Assembly: GCA_965153285.1 (NCBI GenBank) | Contig: OZ229113.1 | Source: Podarcis tiliguerta | Taxonomy: Eukaryota | Length of the DNA stretch: 64,000 bases | Direction: 5' to 3' (one strand) | Part shown: piece after piece, positions 58,433 to 64,000 of the stretch | Position numbering within the stretch: position 1 is the stretch's first letter | Layout: the number at the start of each line of letters is the position of its first letter | Translations under genes and position numbers: made by a program | The notes under the pieces: model-generated | The model's database searches: none | Told to the model about the DNA's origin: nothing | The model's input: only the letters and a program-made list of their open reading frames with translations

Positions 58433-59202
58433 GAGAGGGGGTGGGGTTGCGGGCTCTCGCCCCGCGACTACAGTCTCGCGGGGCTGGGAAGCACCGCGAG
58501 GTCAGGGATTCCCCACCTCATCATTATGCACCTCCCCTAGGGCCAGCCAATCGGCTGGCGGGGGGGGGCGGACCTCCCGGGTCAATTTAAGGTCGGGGCA
58601 GCCCTGGCTCGCCCCTTTTCTCTCCTCACTGCTCAGGTATTTCCCACCCACCCTCCCTTTAGGCTTGCTTTGGACCTTGCTATGGGCTTCGGCTGGTCGC
58701 CGCAAGGGGCCTGGTAGGAGTTTTTCCATTTGGCTAATTGGCTGTGTTTTTGAAGCCTTTGGTTTTTTCGCCTACCTCGTAGCAATACGTCACAACTTTC
58801 CGGTTTTGGCGGTTAGGCATTGGCGGGGTATTGTCATGCATATGAGGACGGGGGGGAGGAGCGCCATCACCTCCCCCATTTCATGAAGGGTAGTTCGTTA
58901 AAGGACTCCGGGGGGCGTCGCCTCGTCCGAAACCTACGGAGGCTAGGGCCTAAAGCGCGCCCCCGAGCGGTAACCCCTGGGGGAGCGCCTACGGATGTTC
59001 ATCTCGGGGGGCTCCCCCTGTTGGTGTTTAACCCTTCCCGGTTAGACCGGTTTGAATGTTAGGGCCAATGCCTAAAGCCAATACCTCTCTTACCTGTAAT
59101 CAATAAAGTTGTGGCCATTTACGCCCATTTAACCTTATATTCTTGTGTCTGTGTCCTTATTTCATACAACTGTGGGAGGGGGCGGGTATTGCCACGCAAC
59201 CT
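58433..59202 (+). mobile_element. Young CpG-rich terminal-repeat-like retroelement remnant (solo LTR or DIRS/Ngaro-like; family uncertain)
   Basis: Abrupt CpG-rich block in CpG-poor DNA with CCAAT (~58547), TATA-like TTTAAG (~58586), AATAAA (59102-59107) and a GT-rich downstream tract. No TG..CA ends or TSD found. Confidence 0.6.
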
Positions 59203-59857
59203 CTTTTATTGGCCACAACAGATGCTTCTTTCTACAGAGGGAGGGAACCCTGTGGGTGCCAGAGAAATCTCTGTGTGTACACTTGCACCCAGAGGCGCCA
59301 CGACCGTAAATATTGCCTTTAAGCATACTGTATGTAAAACACAACCTTCCCTACCTTTAGGGTGTAGTATTGTGTTCTAAGCCAAGTACACAGAAAGCTC
59401 CTTGAATTCTGTGGCGGAGCTTAGCCCTGATTCACCACTCTGGCTCTGTTTTGGTCTGCCATGTAATTCCTGCATTCTTTGCCACTGTATGCAGCCAGAA
59501 TGTATAAGCTCACACTACGCTGCTGAATGCAAATTCTTCAGATGTCTACTCAACCAGAAAAGCATCTCATCTACCCGCTGGGCACCCCCACCTTTCATGA
59601 TGCTAAAATAATGGATTTTTAAAATACATTCCTGATATGATGGATTCCATTACATCTGCGATGGCAGTAACTGAAGCCAGACATGATGATCTGAGACAAA
59701 GTGGATTCAGGTGTAGTATGATGTTTACAAGACAGTCAAGACGTGCATTTTCAGGTCCATGTGAACCCATCAAGACTTCTGCAATTGATTTCAGTGAACA
59801 GTAAACAGTACAGTGACTTTGCAGACTGGTAATCCAGGGTTTCATATGCTTAGAATG

Positions 59858-59952
59858 CCTTCTTCTTCTTCTTCTTCTTCTTCTTCTTCCTCTTCCTCTT
59901 CCTCTTCCTCTTCCTCTTCCTCTTCCTCTTCCTCTTCTTCTTCCTCCTCTTC
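59858..59952 (+). repeat. (CTT)n/(CTTCCT)n polypyrimidine microsatellite
   Basis: About 95 nt of pure pyrimidine. Confidence 0.95.
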
Positions 59953-60446
59953 TTTACAAAACAAAACTGTTGTTTTTGATTCTTGGAAAAGTCATAGCTA
60001 GATCTTAGAATACATGCTAATGGATTGTCAATGTTATGGTCTGGGTCAGACCACTTCCTGGTTAAGCTTGGACTTTTGGTAGCTATCTTACCCTCCTCTT
60101 TAGGGCTGGGAGACTGATGAAGGCGGTCTTCCCCAGAGATTTATGAATCCTGATGGATTCCTGAGTGCTCTGAGGGATTTCCCAGTGATCTTGCCAAAGC
60201 TCTCATAACATTGTAGAATTGCAAGATTTGGAGGGCTACTGACACAATTGCTCCTAGTGCCCTCTCCCGAGTGCTACAGAGTGTGTGACACTCCCTGGTA
60301 TTTCAGGGAGCTGTGTGGGCAATGAAACAGGCTGGATAATGGCTGGAGAACGAGTGGCAGATAGCTTGCTCCAAGGTCAACCAAACACTAGGCAGAGTGC
60401 ATATTTAATCCTACCATGTATTCCCATGAAAGTGTGGTTTATCAAT

Positions 60447-60592
60447 GGGATAGCCCAGTTGGTTAGAGTGTGGTGCTGATAACATCAAGGTTGTAAGTTC
60501 AATCCCCATACGGGGCAGCTGCATATTCCTGCATTGCACTGGGTTGGACTAGATGATACTCAGGGTCCTTCCAACTCTACAATTCTATGATT
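60447..60592 (+). mobile_element. tRNA(Ile)-derived SINE with CR1-derived tail
   Basis: TAGCCCAGTTGGTTAGAGTGTGGTGCTGATAACATCAAGGTTGTAAGTTCAATCCCC resembles tRNA-Ile; the last ~65 nt match the CR1 3' end at 44668-44730. Confidence 0.85.
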
Positions 60593-62552
60593 ATATATAA
60601 TCTTTGAAATGCAACCTAAGCAGTGCATCTTTGAACTTCAGCCCATGCAGACTAGTAAATTTAATTTTGTCTGTGCTGCTGACTGTCCCACAAACTTCTG
60701 GCATTGAAAAGACCAGGTCAGACACAGTCAGATCTTTGTTCAGTGAATCACTCCCCAAAGATTTTTTTTTTTTAATTATTCCATCCAGTTTAGTCTGCTC
60801 TGCAGCAGTGATGTGTGCCTTTATGGGAACAACACAAGTGTTTAACAAGTTACCAAGGAAGGGCTAGACATGCAAAAGATACAGCACACTGACATAGAAA
60901 GGGAGCGCGGGGATTAGGCCTCTGTGATGTGTGTGGCTAATGAAGTCACCATGCATTCTGCTTATTAGTTCCAAAGACAGCTGCTGGCTCCTGACATGCT
61001 GTCCCAAAGGAGAAAGCCCCAGAGAAGTGGGCGGGGGAGGAATCCAACCATTGTTAAACCAACCGAGGAAAGTTAAACCTCAGGAGTAGAAGGGAGGGTG
61101 GCATGCATCTTTGGTTCCAAATGAAAAACTGTGCGCTTTCATGTTAAAGGCAAATCCATTTTCATGGATAAAATAGGAATCCACGCTTTCAGATAAAACA
61201 CGCACGATAGTATCTGAGGTCACACTCGCAGAGTACCCAAAAGCAGTGCAACAAAGTCTTGAGTCTTGAGATTGCTTGTTTTAAATTAGGACGAGTCCTC
61301 GCGAAGCAGATGAGAATGGCTGACATCAGAGTTCCTTCCTGTTCTGTGCTTGGTTTTTATCCCAAGGCAATATAGGATGCAGCACCCCAACTGTGATAGC
61401 ATCAGACTGAATTTCATTCAAAGTTCACTGCGCCCTGTCAGGCCAATATGGCAAAAGAAGTGTATCTGATTTCACAGGAGAGTTTTTGGATATAGTTCAC
61501 TTTATATACTGATTTCCAACTTTGAAGTTTAGATGGGGTGGCCATGATGAGAGGGAAGTGGTTGTGCTGCCATTTGCTCCTATTCTCAATTCCCTCACCC
61601 TCTGTTCAACTCTTGGGGAAGCCTTTGTGTCCCCCAAGGGTATATTTCAAGCCACCACAGAACCACCAAGGAACTGTAAGCTACTGTGTGTGACACTTAA
61701 CATCTTTCTCCCATGATGCCAGTTTAGCTTAATCTGTTCTTCATCCTTAGATGTAAAACCATTTGCATGTCTTGTCCTTCCTTAGCCGTCTTCTCTTGTC
61801 TTTGTGGGATGCTTTGGTTCAATGTTCCAGCTTGCCAGCCAGCCAGCCATGTTCTTTTCCAGGATATTCCATTTCATCTCCCCCAATTTTCATGCAAAAT
61901 TCTGCTTTGAAGGGTTCCCCCCCCCCCGAAGGGGATTTTATTTGTACTTTTGCTAACTTTATGCCTCCAAGTCTGCTGGTGCCCCTCTTTTGTTCATGGA
62001 TGGTACTGTTTTGGCAGTATAAGACCCAGAACTCATAGGATGAGTTTGATATTAGTATATAGGATAATAGCGCTTTTTATTATATTCTGCATTATGGTAC
62101 ATTTCTATACTGCATATGGTGCCTTTAGAGTAGAGAGAACTCATATTTTTCTGCTGCAATTAAATAAATGAATGAAGACATGAAATAAAAAAGAACATCA
62201 GTTCCCCTGTGGGCATAGACTGTGGAGCTATGTGCACAGGCAACACAGCAGGGAATGCAAAGCCAGGGTCTATGCATGCCTTCCCTCCCTGCTGTATGGT
62301 CAATGTACATCGTTCAGAGAGGAAGGTCTAAATGGGGATTTATTTCATATGACATTTATATTCTACCTTCCCTTCAAGGAGCTTGAGATGGAAACACAAA
62401 AAACTTTCATAAAATCTAATTCTTAAAAAAAGATGGCATACAGGTGACAACCATTTTAGGCATGTCCAATTGATAGGCGATCGCTGATGTGTGAGTCCTT
62501 TTGGACCCAGAAGAAGACAGAACGGGGTAGGGCAGGGTGTGGTGTGCTTATA

Positions 62553-62912
62553 CACGGGTGGTGCTGTGGTCTAAACCACTGATCCTCTTGGGCTTGCCAA
62601 TCAGAAGGTTGGCTGTTCGAATCCCAGCGGCGGGGTGAACTACCGTTGCTCTGTCCCAGCTCCTGCCAACCTAGCAGTTCAAAAGCACCCCAGTGCAAGT
62701 AGGTAAATAGGTACTGCTGCAGTGGGAAGGTAAATAGAGTTTCTGTGCGCTCTGGTTTCCGTCACGGTGTTCCATTGTGCCAGAAGCAGTTTAGTCATGC
62801 TGGCCTCGTGACTTGGAAAGCTGTCTGTGGACAAACACCAGCTTTCTTGGCCTGAAGCGATATGAGTGCCGCAACCCATAGTCACCATAGTCCTGGGGTG
62901 CTTTACCTTTAC
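62553..62912 (+). mobile_element. Sauria SINE, older and more diverged
   Basis: GGGTGGTGCTGTGGTCTAAACCACTG head, GCCAACCTAGCAGTTCAAAAGC body, CTTTACCTTTAC tail; no clear TSD. Confidence 0.85.
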
Positions 62913-64000
62913 CATGTGTGGTCCGCTGATGCGTGCGGGGGCCAGGATTGGAACCCATGTGTGAAATGATCAATGCCTGTACATGGTTTTTCCTTTTTTC
63001 ATTTAATCCCTACAACAACCCTCTAAGGTGCATTAGGCTGAGAGGCAGTGACAGGCCCAAGGTCATGGCTGAGTGGGGATTTGAACCCTTGCCTCTCAGG
63101 TCCTAGTCCAACACTCTAACCACCACACCATGCTGGAGATGTCCAAAGGCCTCCCATTCTACACTGTGAGTTGCCACCTAGGGTTGGTGGTCAGGAGTTA
63201 ATGGGAATCCTCTCAGTGTAGGCACAGTGCAGTGAGACTGTGGCCTAAGTCAGCAAACACATAATACCATGTAAGTTAATTTCTGCATTGATAATGAGCC
63301 TTTGTATCTGATTTACAGAACTATCCTCACAATTAATCATGCACCTAGAGACTGACAAAACCACCGACACAGTATTTCTGCCGATGAACTGGGCTGCACT
63401 TGGCTGCCGGCAGGACAGCATGCTGATATGACATTCGCTTGGAAGGGCAGCCTTGCCAAGAAAAAAAAAAAAAAAAAAAAAGAGCTTTTCTTCTCATATG
63501 GCTTTTTAAACAGGAAAAGAAACCCTGACTCCACAAGTCTATAATGTAGCAGCACAAAAGATGGCTCATATTTTAAATCCCCAGGCAGAGAATAGCGGGA
63601 AGGCTTTGCTCAAATACTAGGAATTCAAAGGAGCAACGTTTGCACAATAAATGGCTCTCTTACAGGGAACACAGTGTGCAGAACATGTACAGGCATTTGG
63701 ACAGAGAGAGAAAGTACCCCAACAGAAATGTAGTTGCCAGAGATTTCTGCCTATCAAGAATTGCCAACAATGTACAGCTATAGCCTGCAATAATAAAGGG
63801 GGATATGCTAAGCCACTCTAGTAAACTGCAGGATAAATTAGCATGGTTTTGGGATTACATAGCATATCCTATTAATGTAAAAAAAGAAGAAAAAAAGGAC
63901 AAATGGGTCTTGACGCTGCAATATTTATTTACTTTACTATAACTATAGTTCAGTAGTGGTGCCTATTAATTGCTGTCCAGTAATGAAACCACTGGTATGT

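Noticed and set aside
58839-58935. Hammerhead-like pattern ATGA-GGAC...GTCC-GAAAC
   Set aside because: The core reads CAUAUGA instead of CUGANGA (essential G5 missing) and I could not build stems I and III; not called a ribozyme.
60447-60520. Functional tRNA-Ile gene
   Set aside because: Stems are degenerate and the sequence is fused to a CR1 tail, so it is a SINE.
11700-64000. RUNX1 P1 exon (MASxS...) or the small 39-bp exon of human RUNX1c
   Set aside because: No matching sequence seen by eye; P1 is probably beyond the window. tBLASTn would settle it.

Overview
Vertebrate (squamate, most likely lacertid lizard, judged from the Sauria-type SINEs) genomic DNA carrying part of RUNX1 on the minus strand. 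It contains the proximal (P2) promoter at ~11.6 kb in a large CpG island, a ~1.85 kb 5'UTR, the MRIPV first coding exon (9761-9477) and the next 157-bp Runt-domain exon (890-734). Everything right of ~11.7 kb is probably the long P1-P2 intron; no P1 exon was seen. That region holds SINEs, CR1/L2/BovB LINE fragments, DNA-transposon MITEs, microsatellites, candidate enhancers and a 467-N gap. Almost all ORFs in the supplied track are spurious. Four observations stand out. (1) An upstream ATG at 9861 opens a -1-frame ORF that overlaps the RUNX1 start and ends at an NMD-competent stop in the next exon; start and frame appear conserved with human as I recall it. (2) An AT-rich 5'UTR block holds a 6-codon uORF and a UGUAAAUA motif. 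(3) A poly-Gly expansion sits at the position homologous to the RUNX2 Q/A tract. (4) A young CpG-rich ~770-bp element at 58.4-59.2 kb contains a densely base-paired, possibly pseudoknotted ~275-nt domain. All human comparisons are from memory and need alignment.
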